Shown in pieces: positions 1 to 10,238 of a DNA stretch of 64,000 nucleotides (position 1 is its first letter; each line of letters opens with the position of its first letter). The stretch covers positions 1-64,000 of the forward strand of contig QMRC01000003.1 of NCBI GenBank assembly GCA_003649205.1, written 5' to 3'. The notes beneath the pieces were generated by a model. That model ran no database searches. It saw nothing but the letters and a program-made list of their open reading frames with translations, and had not been told where the DNA came from. Origin of the DNA: Thermoprotei archaeon (GTDB lineage: Archaea; Thermoproteota; Thermoprotei; Thermoproteales; B15-G16). A program made the position numbers and the translations under genes.

Positions 1-519
1 CACTAGACTTAACCTCAATCAGTATATGCTCACCATCCTTAACAACTAAATCAACATCGATAACAACAGGATAACCATAGACAAAACCCTCCTCATCAAC
101 ATAACACCACCTCTCAATCCTAGCAACCTTAAAGTACTCCTGAAGAAACCTCCTCAGCATAGATACCCCACCTAACACCAAGAGCAGTAACCCTATCACC
201 AAGACGCTTAATCTCCCTCTGAAGCTCAAGAATGGCTACAGTATGCTTCTCGAGAATTTCACCATGCCTCCTAATAACCTCCTGAAGGTCCCTAATCGCC
301 TTACTTATGTTCAATAACCTGCCTCTGTAGATCTCTAATTTGCTCTTGAAGATCCCTAACCTGCTTCTGCAAATCCCTAATAGCTTGAGTATTCTCACTA
401 ATTTTCCTAAGAATTTCCTCAATACCTAGTAAGCCCATTACAGCATACCTAAATTCAACATCCTCCCTAAGCAACCTAAGAAACTCATCCCTCAACCTAG
501 AAGACACAAACAAACACAA
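1..519 (-). pseudogene. DUF3782-like coiled-coil PD-(D/E)XK nuclease, frameshifted, runs off the window edge
   Basis: Three reading frames join into one typical protein: EFLRLLREDVEFRYAVMGLLG, then heptads and ALGVRWGIYAEE, then QEYFKVARIERWCYVDEEGFVYGYPVVIDVDLVVKDGEHILIEVKSS. Frameshifts lie near 305 and 147. Confidence 0.75.
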
Positions 520-626
520 TCGAAGAGAGCAAGAACACCAATATAAGAACTACTACCAAGGAAAATACACTGGAGAGAACAAGCATAGAGGAACAGTCCA
601 TATAACCAATCCAGTCAATCAGTAAA

Positions 627-1073
627 GTGACCAACATGACAAAAGTCGACAAGCAAATAGTTGAGGAATTCCTCAAAGAAGCACTCGAGGCCATAGATGA
701 GATAGAGAGCATAGTCAATACAGAAGAGAGCACCTTCATCAGAGATAGAAGAGCGAGATTTAGTCTAAGGTACTCAATAGTGCTAGCAGTAGAAGCACTA
801 GCAGACATAGCAGTGGCAATACTCGAAAAAGACTTCAACCAAGTAGCAGAAACCTATCGAGAAGCATTCATCAAACTAGCAGAGAACACAGTGATAAACC
901 TATCAACAGCACGAGAAATGGCAAAACTAGCATCACTAAGAAACATCATCGTACACAGGTACTGGACAGTGGATGACCTCAAGATATATGAAGAAGCAAA
1001 GAAAGGAGGAGTAGAAGTACTTAGGAAATTCATCCAAGAGGTGAAGCAATATATCGAAACTAAGGACCCTTGA
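627..1073 (+). CDS. HEPN-domain (DUF86/HepT-like) ribonuclease toxin
   Basis: RNIIVHRY fits the RX4HXY HEPN motif; adjacent to an MNT gene. Confidence 0.9.
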   Translation: MTNMTKVDKQIVEEFLKEALEAIDEIESIVNTEESTFIRDRRARFSLRYSIVLAVEALADIAVAILEKDFNQVAETYREAFIKLAENTVINLSTAREMAKLASLRNIIVHRYWTVDDLKIYEEAKKGGVEVLRKFIQEVKQYIETKDP

Positions 1074-1098
1074 AGAAGAAAGGAGAAAACCAAAAACC

Positions 1099-1476
1099 AT
1101 GACATGGGAAGAGAGACAGAGAATAATCGAGGAGATAGTACAGGAACTAAATAAGAGAGAGGAGATAGTACTGGCAGTACTACATGGAGGATTCCTCACC
1201 TCACAAGTATTTAGAGACATAGACATAGCAGTATACACAGAACACACAGTACCACCACAACAAGAACCACAGTACATAGACGAACTAAGAGAACAACTAG
1301 AGAAGAAGATCAAACAACCAGTAGACATACAACTACTAGACTACGCACCACCAACATTCCAACAAAAAGCACTACAAGGCAAAATACTCATAGAGAGAAA
1401 ACCAGGAATAAGAGCAATACTACTCCACCACGCAAAAGAAGAAGTAAGGAGACTAAACAAAGTAAGAAGCCTATAA
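1099..1476 (+). CDS. Minimal nucleotidyltransferase (MNT) antitoxin
   Basis: VLHGG...RDIDIAV and VDIQLLDYAP motifs; 125 aa; next to HEPN. Confidence 0.85.
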   Translation: MTWEERQRIIEEIVQELNKREEIVLAVLHGGFLTSQVFRDIDIAVYTEHTVPPQQEPQYIDELREQLEKKIKQPVDIQLLDYAPPTFQQKALQGKILIERKPGIRAILLHHAKEEVRRLNKVRSL

Positions 1477-1511
1477 AGGAAACAAAGGAGTAGAGGAAAT
1501 GGGATACGGAA

Positions 1512-1712
1512 ATGAGTAGTAACCTAGAAGCAAGAGTAGCGAAAATAGAGGGAATTCTAGAGCAAATGGACAAGAGATTAACCAGAGTAGAAAACGAAAT
1601 CACACACCTAAGAGAGGAGATTAGAAGAGTAGAGTCAAGACTATGGTGGATAGTTGGAATACTCATAACAATGTGGATCAGCATCATAACGACAATACTG
1701 TTAAAACCGTGA
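1512..1712 (+). CDS. Small coiled-coil protein with C-terminal TM helix
   Basis: Heptad pattern followed by hydrophobic LWWIVGILITMWISII. Confidence 0.75.
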   Translation: MSSNLEARVAKIEGILEQMDKRLTRVENEITHLREEIRRVESRLWWIVGILITMWISIITTILLKP

Positions 1713-1727
1713 GGAGATGAAGCATAG

Positions 1728-2138
1728 ATGACACAGCACATTCTAGCTAAAGTACTTCTCCAAGGAACGAAGAACCAGGTAGCAGGACAAGCACTAGTAG
1801 ATACAGGAGCAACCTTCACAGTAATAGATGAGGAACTAGCAAACTACCTCGGAGTAGAACCAGTACCAAAGAGAGAACGAGAAAGAGTAAAGCTGGTAGG
1901 TCTATGCTGTACAGTTGAAGGAAAGCTAGTTAACCTCAAGTACATGGAGATAGAGGGTAGACCAGTAGGAGCAACATCAGTCATAATGGTAAAATTATCC
2001 AAAGAAATTAAAGAAGCACTGAAGAAACTAGGAGCAAGACAAGACGTAATCATAGGCATAGCAGATCTAAGCAAGACAGGACACACCATAGACCTAGTAC
2101 AGAGAAAACTCAAGTACGTAGGAATAATATGCGTATAG
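1728..2138 (+). CDS. Retropepsin-like aspartyl protease
   Basis: ALVDTGATFTVI catalytic motif and C-terminal VIIG motif; GGAG RBS upstream. Confidence 0.85.
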   Translation: MTQHILAKVLLQGTKNQVAGQALVDTGATFTVIDEELANYLGVEPVPKRERERVKLVGLCCTVEGKLVNLKYMEIEGRPVGATSVIMVKLSKEIKEALKKLGARQDVIIGIADLSKTGHTIDLVQRKLKYVGIICV

Positions 2139-2168
2139 CAACGCAACCCCACATCAATGCCCAAACAC

Positions 2169-2762
2169 CTAGACAACCCTACCAGGAGGAGGTAACACAC
2201 CTCTCTTAAGCAGAAAACCCTTAGCCATAGCAATGAGAACCCTCAACTTACCAGCATAACGCACGAGATCAGACCTACCAGAAACCTCAGCCTCCTTAAG
2301 CAACAACTCATAAATCCTCTCAAGCTCAAAAACATCATCCCAAGTAAGCTCATTAGGATCCTTCCTAAGTAACTCACCAAGCCTCTCATAAACCTCCTTC
2401 GTATAGTACCTAGAACTATGCACAGGCCTAGCACTAGACAACAAAGCAGCCAAAGCCCTATACTCAGAATCAGATACAGAACCCCTCAAAACCTGAATAC
2501 CTAACAAAACCTCATTAAAATCAACAAGAACACCAATACATCTCACAACATCACCCAATCTCCTCTCAACATTACTAAACCTCCTCTCCATGTACAGAAC
2601 AAGTACTAGAACAACAACAGCAACTAATGGAAGCTGAGCAACAAGCATTGAAACCAAGGTAACCAGATCAATAACCAACCCAAACCACCACAGGAAAACA
2701 CAACACACCAATAAATAACTACCCCGATTCAATTCCCCAAGCAACACCCTACACCCTATCAA
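2169..2762 (-). CDS. Membrane-anchored hypothetical protein (true start probably about 2675)
   Basis: N-terminal TM; C-terminal TKEVYERLGELLRKDPNELTWDD resembles the C-terminus of 11847..12551. Confidence 0.65.
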   Translation of the reverse strand: MIGCRVLLGELNRGSYLLVCCVFLWWFGLVIDLVTLVSMLVAQLPLVAVVVLVLVLYMERRFSNVERRLGDVVRCIGVLVDFNEVLLGIQVLRGSVSDSEYRALAALLSSARPVHSSRYYTKEVYERLGELLRKDPNELTWDDVFELERIYELLLKEAEVSGRSDLVRYAGKLRVLIAMAKGFLLKRGVLPPPGRVV

Positions 2763-3226
2763 TCAACTCCCTAAGCACCTCAATGAGTCCCAACTCACCC
2801 TCCCTATGCTTCTCAAACAACTCCCTCCTCATGAAATTATGATAGAAATTAGCATGCAAACCCTCAACTAACCTAAACAACGTCGAAAACTCAGGATCAC
2901 CAGTCTTACCAACAAGGAACTCAACAACATCCCACAAATCCCTATGAGTAAAGTGAGGTAAACCCCTTAACTAAGCAACAGCATTAAGCAACGCAGTAAC
3001 AGCACCCCAATACTTCCCACCAGCCTCAACCAAATCACCCCTCCTATAAAGCTCCTCAGCATCACTAAGAAACCTCTCATGAAACTTAGAATAACTTCAA
3101 CCTCAGCCCAGGATCAAGCTCCCTACAAATGAGACCAAGGTCAAACTCATCAACATACTTACCCCTCCTACGAGCAAACTCACGAAGTAAATTAAGAACA
3201 ACATCGCACAATCTAGCACTAACCAC
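2749..3226 (-). pseudogene. PaREP1 family pseudogene
   Basis: FLSDAEELYRRGDLVEAGGKYWGAVTALL...LHANFYHNFM; frameshift near 3086 and in-frame TAG at 2971-2973. Confidence 0.8.
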
Positions 3227-3332
3227 AAAATAAAATATCTCAGAGAGCAACCAGAGACCGCAACCTAAAAACACCAACCACGTCAGCACTTAGAAGATGC
3301 AAAACTATACTTCGAAGATACGCCCTCCACAG

Positions 3333-3890
3333 CTAACCTAACTTAACCCTCCCAATTCTTCGAAATTCCTTAACAGATACATGTAAACAACCTAACCTCC
3401 TATACACAACATCACCAGACACTATAGCTACAATCTTCCCACTATTATCCTGTCTCACCCTCTCATAGAAACCTGCTACTAACAAATCCCACGGAGACTC
3501 CTTTGGGAACCTATCTCTAAAACTTTGAGCAAATATGAAATCCCTAACATCCACATTACCAATAGTAATCACATCCTCTACCTGCTGCAGAAAAGCGAGA
3601 AGTTGATACCTATACCTCTTCAATACGTCATTAACCCTCTTAATAACGTTATTCAATGCATTAATCACTAACCTAAACTGTGAAACCGCCCCTCTAGATA
3701 AATGAACCAGAAATAACTCAACAAAGGACGTAGGTGCTATCAGTACCTTACCTATGGAATTCATGGCAACAGCATCCAACATAGCTAAGTAATACTCATG
3801 TAGCTTATCCCTTGGGTTAACTATTGCAAACAGAAACTCTGTTTCAACTACAGCTATGTCAATTCTCCTAAACGAACTCATCAACCCCAC
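3333..3890 (-). CDS. PIN-domain (VapC-like) ribonuclease
   Basis: IAVVETEFLFAIVNPRDKLH N-terminus, FVEL, SPWDLL and IVSGD acidic motifs. Confidence 0.7.
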   Translation of the reverse strand: MGLMSSFRRIDIAVVETEFLFAIVNPRDKLHEYYLAMLDAVAMNSIGKVLIAPTSFVELFLVHLSRGAVSQFRLVINALNNVIKRVNDVLKRYRYQLLAFLQQVEDVITIGNVDVRDFIFAQSFRDRFPKESPWDLLVAGFYERVRQDNSGKIVAIVSGDVVYRRLGCLHVSVKEFRRIGRVKLG

Positions 3891-3923
3891 TACCCTAAAA
3901 CAAACGTTGAAAGATACATGGAA

Positions 3924-4610
3924 CTACATATCCAATTCCTTCTCACCCTTCATCAAATACCTATCTAACTCCTCACGTAACTTCCTCCGCCTCTCACCAC
4001 TATAACTGAAATCCCTACCAAACACCTCTTCAATAACCCTACCAACTTCATTGAGTTGAGGAGCTAACTCCACAAATACAGCGTCCACAACACCCCTAAC
4101 TTGCCTCAACCTATCGATAAGCTCATCAACAGAAAAACCCCTGTACAACTCCTTAGTAAAATCCGTCAAACCAAGCACTCTCAACGAAATAACAGTCAAC
4201 TTATCAGGATTAAAATGAATAAACCTAGAGGAAATTCGCCTTATCCTCTCGGGTAATCCAGGACATGAACGTTCAAGAAATTCCTCAACCTCCCTACACA
4301 ACAACTCATCAACATTCAACCTAAACTCCCAACAAACCTCACCACGTACAGCATCCACAAAACCCTTACTAGGTAACTCCTTCACAACAGCCCTATACAC
4401 CGGAGCTGATGAAGGACCATACCTATGAATTACATACCTAAATTCACGAAGCACCGACCTATCTACAGGATCCAACTCAAGATAATCACCCTCAATCCTC
4501 GTATAAAGTGCCAAAAATATAAGCTTCTGAACCCTCTTCAACCCAACAACCCTACCACCAGCAACATCCAAAAGATAAATAACGACCGAAGGAACAACAG
4601 CAAACACCAC
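3924..4610 (-). CDS. YwgA/Panacea (DUF4065)-like putative antitoxin
   Basis: GLKRVQKLIFLA...FRYVIHRYGPSS matches the QKL...Y.GP pattern; directly upstream of the PIN gene. Confidence 0.6.
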   Translation of the reverse strand: MVFAVVPSVVIYLLDVAGGRVVGLKRVQKLIFLALYTRIEGDYLELDPVDRSVLREFRYVIHRYGPSSAPVYRAVVKELPSKGFVDAVRGEVCWEFRLNVDELLCREVEEFLERSCPGLPERIRRISSRFIHFNPDKLTVISLRVLGLTDFTKELYRGFSVDELIDRLRQVRGVVDAVFVELAPQLNEVGRVIEEVFGRDFSYSGERRRKLREELDRYLMKGEKELDM

Positions 4611-5263
4611 ATCTCCACCTCAATAACCTAACTCCAAAACAAATATAAATCCAACTTAGAACCTGAAAAGATAAAAAATCTAGCAGATCTAGCTAGACCC
4701 ACAGACGAAAAACCAGCATAATCACCTAGAAAACCACAATCACTCCAACACCTAGGGAATAGAAAGGAACAATACTCAACATACCAGCACTAGCTTTGAG
4801 TACACAACTATGAATAATCAACAACCCAACACCACTACCAGACCCAGAACACCACCTACACCTCCAGAACCAGCAATCCCACTAAGAAACCTAACCCACT
4901 TCAAACACTCACAAAATAACAGGAGCACAATTACCAGCAAAATTCCTCAACATAAACCCACTAACTAAGAACCTCTAAGCTAAGACCTCTCAACATAACT
5001 CAAAAATACAAAATACAAGACCTAACACTCAACGAAGCAAAACAGGTAGTAACTAAAAACGTAGGAGAGATACAATACCAATAACCAACATTAATGAAAA
5101 AGACACCTAGCACTAGACCACAGAATACAAATCCTCGTCAAACACAGCGATGAAAATAGGATGATTTACCTACACCACATTCCACACAATAACCTAAACA
5201 CACATCACCAGTATCCGACAGTAGTAAACACGCAACATTACAATCTGAGTGAAAAGAAAGAAC

Positions 5264-5548
5264 TTAAAGGACCAACAATGCAGCATCAACGTAAGGGCAT
5301 CCCTCAGACCCAAAATCCTCCTCACTCAAACCCAAACACCTCAACTCATCAACTATCCTCCTCGACAACCTCAAGCCCCTCAGCACCCTAAACCCATAGA
5401 TCCTAATTAAGTCATACATAGCGAAATGAGACAACCACCCACCAAAACCACGAACACTCTGCAAATCCCTATACAATCGATCAACACCAACACTAACGCT
5501 AGGATAAAGACGTGGATTGTACCTCCTCTTCAACTTAACAAACTGCAC
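5264..5548 (-). CDS. Hypothetical protein or gene fragment
   Basis: 94-aa ORF with island-like codon usage; no recognised motif. Confidence 0.4.
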   Translation of the reverse strand: MQFVKLKRRYNPRLYPSVSVGVDRLYRDLQSVRGFGGWLSHFAMYDLIRIYGFRVLRGLRLSRRIVDELRCLGLSEEDFGSEGCPYVDAALLVL

Positions 5549-5723
5549 AATGTATCATCTGGACACACATACTGCAACGAAGATAAAAGCTCTTCGAGAC
5601 GCTAAATTCACAAACAATGGCACAATGCAATCGCCACATGGTGTGTCTCCTGCAATGTATCGCTTAGTGTTCATAAGCAAAGGTGATATATCTAGAATGT
5701 CTGTAAGGACCTTTCGTAGTAGC

Positions 5724-6899
5724 TTAAGGCAATTCCCCTAAGAGGCGAGTTATAAGTCTGTAGCTTACACCATACTTCCATAGTACATGTCCTACTACCT
5801 CACGATATTTCTTCAACTCGAGTTGTACAGCATTAAGCAGTTTCTCTAATTCAGTAACCTTGACTTCACTCTCATATTTCTCGGCTAATTTGCTTACTGC
5901 AACTATGTCACCAACTAGGAGATGGCGTAAGACCTCGCAACATGGGGTCTCCCCTACGAGTGCAGCAGATGCTATGGCTATAGCACCAAGCAGCAAGTCC
6001 GTAGGTACATTGCGTAGTTTGCTAGCTAGGAACAGTAGTGTCTTACCTGGACGTGCTACCTTATCTGTTGACCAGTCACTAAGAAAGTTATCTATTCGAA
6101 CTATGTCTAATCTCCTTAGATCGTTAGTTAGTCGTGGCTTAAGTTCACGATTACAACGCTCAGCTGGTAGATTAATACCTGAAGTACTCAGAAACTCACT
6201 TGCTACATTGACTATTTCATCACGAGTAAATACAGCATTTTCAGCAAGCTCCATAACCTTAGGCAGCAATAGCTTCCTAAGAATATAACCTAGTAGCTGC
6301 AGGTACCTTTCAAACTTATCCTCCCCCGGAAGTATGAACAATGCTTGAAGCATTACTGGATTAAATTTTCTGATAACTTTCCTCACTCTGTCACCAACCC
6401 GAGCAATCTGCTCGATACGAGCAGTAAATAGCTCCTCTACCCTCAAGCCTACTTCATCTGAAAGCCGTTGAACCGAACCTGGTATAACTTCCACACCAAA
6501 CTTCTCCCTAAGTTCATGCCTAGTAATACCAAGGCTCTTGAGTACTTTAAGTAGCTCACCTTCACTTAGTGTTTGCAGGCGATCTTTAAGTCCGAGTAAG
6601 CATTGGTGAGGCTCAACCTCTATTCTGTAAGGCCATGAATCTCCATACTTAGAATCTATTGGCCAGAATTCGGTCTTATCTTCAAACTTCCTAACTATCT
6701 TCCCGAGAAATACTATTGCACCAATTGGCAAATTAGCATAAATGAAAACGATGTGTCCAGCTTGCAGTTCTCTTTCCCAAAGTCTATAGAGACCGCTATG
6801 AAATCCCCATAAGAACTTACCATTCATAACCCACTTCCTGATACTGTAGAGTACATTATCTGCATGACCTTTGAGTAGCCAATACACAACCATCCCCAA
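5724..6899 (-). CDS. EVE/PUA-like domain protein with helical C-terminal region
   Basis: YWLL...LWGF...LQAGHIVFIYA...IVFLGKIV...FWP...WPYRIEVEP is the typical EVE pattern; starts 5 bp after the mcrC stop. Confidence 0.75.
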   Translation of the reverse strand: MGMVVYWLLKGHADNVLYSIRKWVMNGKFLWGFHSGLYRLWERELQAGHIVFIYANLPIGAIVFLGKIVRKFEDKTEFWPIDSKYGDSWPYRIEVEPHQCLLGLKDRLQTLSEGELLKVLKSLGITRHELREKFGVEVIPGSVQRLSDEVGLRVEELFTARIEQIARVGDRVRKVIRKFNPVMLQALFILPGEDKFERYLQLLGYILRKLLLPKVMELAENAVFTRDEIVNVASEFLSTSGINLPAERCNRELKPRLTNDLRRLDIVRIDNFLSDWSTDKVARPGKTLLFLASKLRNVPTDLLLGAIAIASAALVGETPCCEVLRHLLVGDIVAVSKLAEKYESEVKVTELEKLLNAVQLELKKYREVVGHVLWKYGVSYRLITRLLGELP

Positions 6900-6904
6900 C
6901 AGAG

Positions 6905-8227
6905 CTATGAGACAATTACCTCTCTTAACAGATTTTCTTCGAAATACCTAGGTCTAACAACTATGAAGAATAAGTCCACTGATACATCATTGAAGTACGT
7001 CTCAATTCGTGGAGGATACCTAGCTCTTCCTAAACAGGTGATAGCTGCTCTTAGTGCTCTATCTTTAGCCACATCAATGATATAGGCTAGGAGGCGAAGT
7101 GTATCACTTAGTCTCAGCAACTTTCTACTCAGATCCCGGTACTTAGCCTCAAGCACAATGACTTTATTATCAGTAACCACTGCTATATCCGGTCTAGGCA
7201 AAGAACCGCTGATGGATTTTACCAGCTTGGAACAAGGTGCTTTATTTAAGTATAGCCTACAAGGCCCTAACCTGATAACATTTAGCTGCTCCAATACTGG
7301 GTGTTCTCTGAACTCTTTGCTAAGTACCTCGAGAACTTTGCTAAGTACATATAGCTCATAGACCTTTGTGCTGGGGTAAAGTAGTAGTTCAAAGAGACCA
7401 GGTCTATATGATGGAGTTAGCTGAATTAAGGTGGCTATACGCTCCAAGAAGTCTATATTCACCTCACCTAATTCAGCATACGACACTAATGCTGGTACTG
7501 ACATCTCAGTGGTAATGGTGGATATAAGTGAAGTAGTGAGTGTACGAAGTCTCTCACCTAATGAACGCAAGAAATCGCTTCGAGTAGACACTTCGGACAC
7601 GATACCTATGATATTAGCAAGTGCCTTGTAGACAAGCACCAGGGTAGCAAGAAGTGTTGTGTACTTTCGTGTATTAAATATCTGCTTCGGCTTAAGTAGT
7701 GCTAAGTCGCTAGGACTTACCTTCACCAATGTGCCATGTTTTGAAGGTATGTACTGGAGGATGTACCAAGGCTCTGACTGAATGTAGTGCTGTATTAACC
7801 GTAATACATGCGTAAGTAGTTGAGGTAAAATGAGTGCTTCACCTGTACGTTCATGTGTGGTAATTAGGTAGGTATGTGCTGTTACAAGATGTAGTAAGTC
7901 ACGCACCGTGCTACCGTATATCACATCAAGCATGTTAAGAAACTCATGCCCAATCTTTGGCTCAAAAACCAAGCATATATTGTATCTAGGTATGGAAACT
8001 ACACCAACCCACTGACCTGTATACACTTTGGTCCCTACCACTTCAGGCAGCCGCGACTCAATTTCCAGACCATACTTCTCAAATACCCGTTGTTTATATT
8101 CACGAAGAAAATCTCTAAGCTCACATATCATTAACTTGAGCTGTGATTCACTAACATCTAGTTCTCTACATAGCTTACGTAAATCAACTATAGAGTCCTC
8201 ACGGTGATGAAATACTCGGTAGTTCAT
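6905..8227 (-). CDS. mcrC: McrC-like PD-(D/E)XK nuclease
   Basis: GQWVGVV...EPKIG N-terminal McrC pattern, VYELYV, PRPDIAV...VLEAKYR, and LLAY. ATG at 8227 overlaps the mcrB end. Confidence 0.8.
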   Translation of the reverse strand: MNYRVFHHREDSIVDLRKLCRELDVSESQLKLMICELRDFLREYKQRVFEKYGLEIESRLPEVVGTKVYTGQWVGVVSIPRYNICLVFEPKIGHEFLNMLDVIYGSTVRDLLHLVTAHTYLITTHERTGEALILPQLLTHVLRLIQHYIQSEPWYILQYIPSKHGTLVKVSPSDLALLKPKQIFNTRKYTTLLATLVLVYKALANIIGIVSEVSTRSDFLRSLGERLRTLTTSLISTITTEMSVPALVSYAELGEVNIDFLERIATLIQLTPSYRPGLFELLLYPSTKVYELYVLSKVLEVLSKEFREHPVLEQLNVIRLGPCRLYLNKAPCSKLVKSISGSLPRPDIAVVTDNKVIVLEAKYRDLSRKLLRLSDTLRLLAYIIDVAKDRALRAAITCLGRARYPPRIETYFNDVSVDLFFIVVRPRYFEENLLREVIVS

Positions 8228-9488
8228 ACATAATGGCCTCAGCAGCACGGTATGTGAGGCTACTTGAACTAAAGTTATTCTCAAGGAACTTCATGAAGTT
8301 TCTAAATGCTATAGTACGAGGACTGCTTCCAAGGAACTGCTCAATCTTAAGCATTGGGATTAGGGAAGAGAGCTGAGGTAGCAATAATGATGCTATGGCG
8401 AGATCTAGTAACGCCTCATCTGATACTGAGACTAACGCTATATTCTGACTTATACACCTAGCCAATAACAGAGAGATGAAATCAACTAATATGGAAACTC
8501 CTAGATCAATCTTCAGATCATTGAGTGCTACGGCATAAATGCCGGCAAAGCTCTCAATTAACTTACTACTAGTATCTCTCAATCTGTCTAGTAATTTGAC
8601 TACTTCATCAAATTCAATACGTACCAAACAGGGTACATCATACTCGGGTAATAGTGATTTAGTGAACCTAAAGGTAAGGAACTCAACTTCTTTCGAGACT
8701 AGTGCTTCAACATACTCCTGCAAGGAAGTGAACACAGAGTTTTTATCCAGATGAAAATTGTCATATAACTGCACAATGAGGTTCTCTATATCGAGCCCTG
8801 GATCGTATTTCATATATGGAGGAATTACAGGAATAGGTATCAATCTTCTACTTAAAGCATAACCGATCTTAAATAGGTGTGCTCTATCAACAACATTCAT
8901 AGTGCCAATTATTCTGAAAGACCGAGGAATTGGGATACCACAAACCCTACTACCTAGGATATTACGCAACTTCACCATTAACTCCTTACACCTGTCGACT
9001 GATACTTCAAGACAGTTAGCTAGTACTGTGATATCTTCCTCGGCAAGCTTCTCCTCATCCAATATATCAGGGGGTAACACAGCAATGTTGTAGTATTCAG
9101 GATCGAGAGCCGTAAATACTCTACCTAGTGCGACCTCAATATTACATCTATTGACTTCATCGAGAACATACCATAGAGGGCCCTTACCCTCAATAATTCT
9201 AAGCCAAGTACCTAGGATAGCAATACCGAGAGAACCTAACCTCTTAACCAGTACATCTCCATGTCCTTTAACCTCTCTCAGCTCATTGAAGCATGTAAGC
9301 AGTTCATAAGTTAACTCACTACGACCAGTCTCGAGAATAGGATGCGCACCGGTCAGCTCGGCAGCAACATCGATAGCTAACTTCGTTTTACCAACTCCAG
9401 GAGCGCCAACCAATAATACGGATTTACCACTTAGTAAAGCAATAGTGATTAAATTTCTCAGCCGAGTCATAACTTCCCACACTACCAC
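8199..9488 (-). CDS. mcrB: McrB-like AAA+ GTPase lacking an N-terminal DNA-binding domain
   Basis: Walker A GAPGVGKT near residue 28, Walker B VLDEVNR, McrB signature GTMNVVDR (NxxD), ALSRR. Confidence 0.85.
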   Translation of the reverse strand: MVVWEVMTRLRNLITIALLSGKSVLLVGAPGVGKTKLAIDVAAELTGAHPILETGRSELTYELLTCFNELREVKGHGDVLVKRLGSLGIAILGTWLRIIEGKGPLWYVLDEVNRCNIEVALGRVFTALDPEYYNIAVLPPDILDEEKLAEEDITVLANCLEVSVDRCKELMVKLRNILGSRVCGIPIPRSFRIIGTMNVVDRAHLFKIGYALSRRLIPIPVIPPYMKYDPGLDIENLIVQLYDNFHLDKNSVFTSLQEYVEALVSKEVEFLTFRFTKSLLPEYDVPCLVRIEFDEVVKLLDRLRDTSSKLIESFAGIYAVALNDLKIDLGVSILVDFISLLLARCISQNIALVSVSDEALLDLAIASLLLPQLSSLIPMLKIEQFLGSSPRTIAFRNFMKFLENNFSSSSLTYRAAEAIMYELPSISSP

Positions 9489-9605
9489 TGATACTGCCAG
9501 TGTACAATGTTTTACACTTCACTGCTTGAGTAAAGTACATCAGCTCTGGTAAATATACCTGAAATTAAGCTATTTCTTGACTGGTGACTATACCTAGCAG
9601 TTCTG

Positions 9606-10133
9606 CTACTTAACAGCTCTTTGTCTCAGTTTCTCTATTTCTGCTGGTATGTGTATCAGTAACCACCTTACTTTGCCTTTCTCTACTAGGTCTTTGACCC
9701 ATTTCTCTCTTTGGCTTAGTGTTGTCGTTTTGCCGCTTTTTACCTCTATGAATGTGATTTCTTCTGGTTTTCCTTCTGTGAATCCTTTGAATGCTATGTA
9801 GTCTATTGGTGAGCCTATGAATCTTAGGTCTTTGGGATTTATGCCGTACTCCATGCAGATTAGTATTGGTGCTAGTTGCTCACCTACTTTACCGATTATC
9901 GTTGCTATGGATCTCTTGATAGCATCTTCTCTAATTCTCTCTTCCTCCTCTATTCTCCATTTTTCGAATAGTAGTTTTGCTCTTTCGGTGGCTTCTTTCT
10001 CGAGTTCTCTACTTCTCCATTGGTTGAATAGTTGTCTTGCTCTGTGCTCTACCTCTCCTTTGAGCTTGATGTATTTTGTGGTGATGTAGAGGAGTGTAAT
10101 TACTAGGATTAGGATTATGATTAGGTCTATCAC
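9606..10133 (-). CDS. TM-anchored Holliday-junction-resolvase-like endonuclease (Endonuc_Holl family)
   Basis: N-terminal TM; GKVGEQLAP, DLRFIGSPIDYIAFKG, FIEVKSG. Confidence 0.85.
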   Translation of the reverse strand: MIDLIIILILVITLLYITTKYIKLKGEVEHRARQLFNQWRSRELEKEATERAKLLFEKWRIEEEERIREDAIKRSIATIIGKVGEQLAPILICMEYGINPKDLRFIGSPIDYIAFKGFTEGKPEEITFIEVKSGKTTTLSQREKWVKDLVEKGKVRWLLIHIPAEIEKLRQRAVK

Positions 10134-10238
10134 TTTTCTTCACCGAGCTTTCTCCTTGTTTGGGTGCTTATTATGGATTAGCTTTGCTCTGGGTTGTGGT
10201 TTTGTGTTTTTATTCGCTAGTGGGTGTGGTGTTTGTGA

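Noticed and set aside
4632-5260. A/C-rich ORF-poor stretch as a gene or ncRNA
   Set aside because: No recognisable motif or stable structure; probably decayed sequence.
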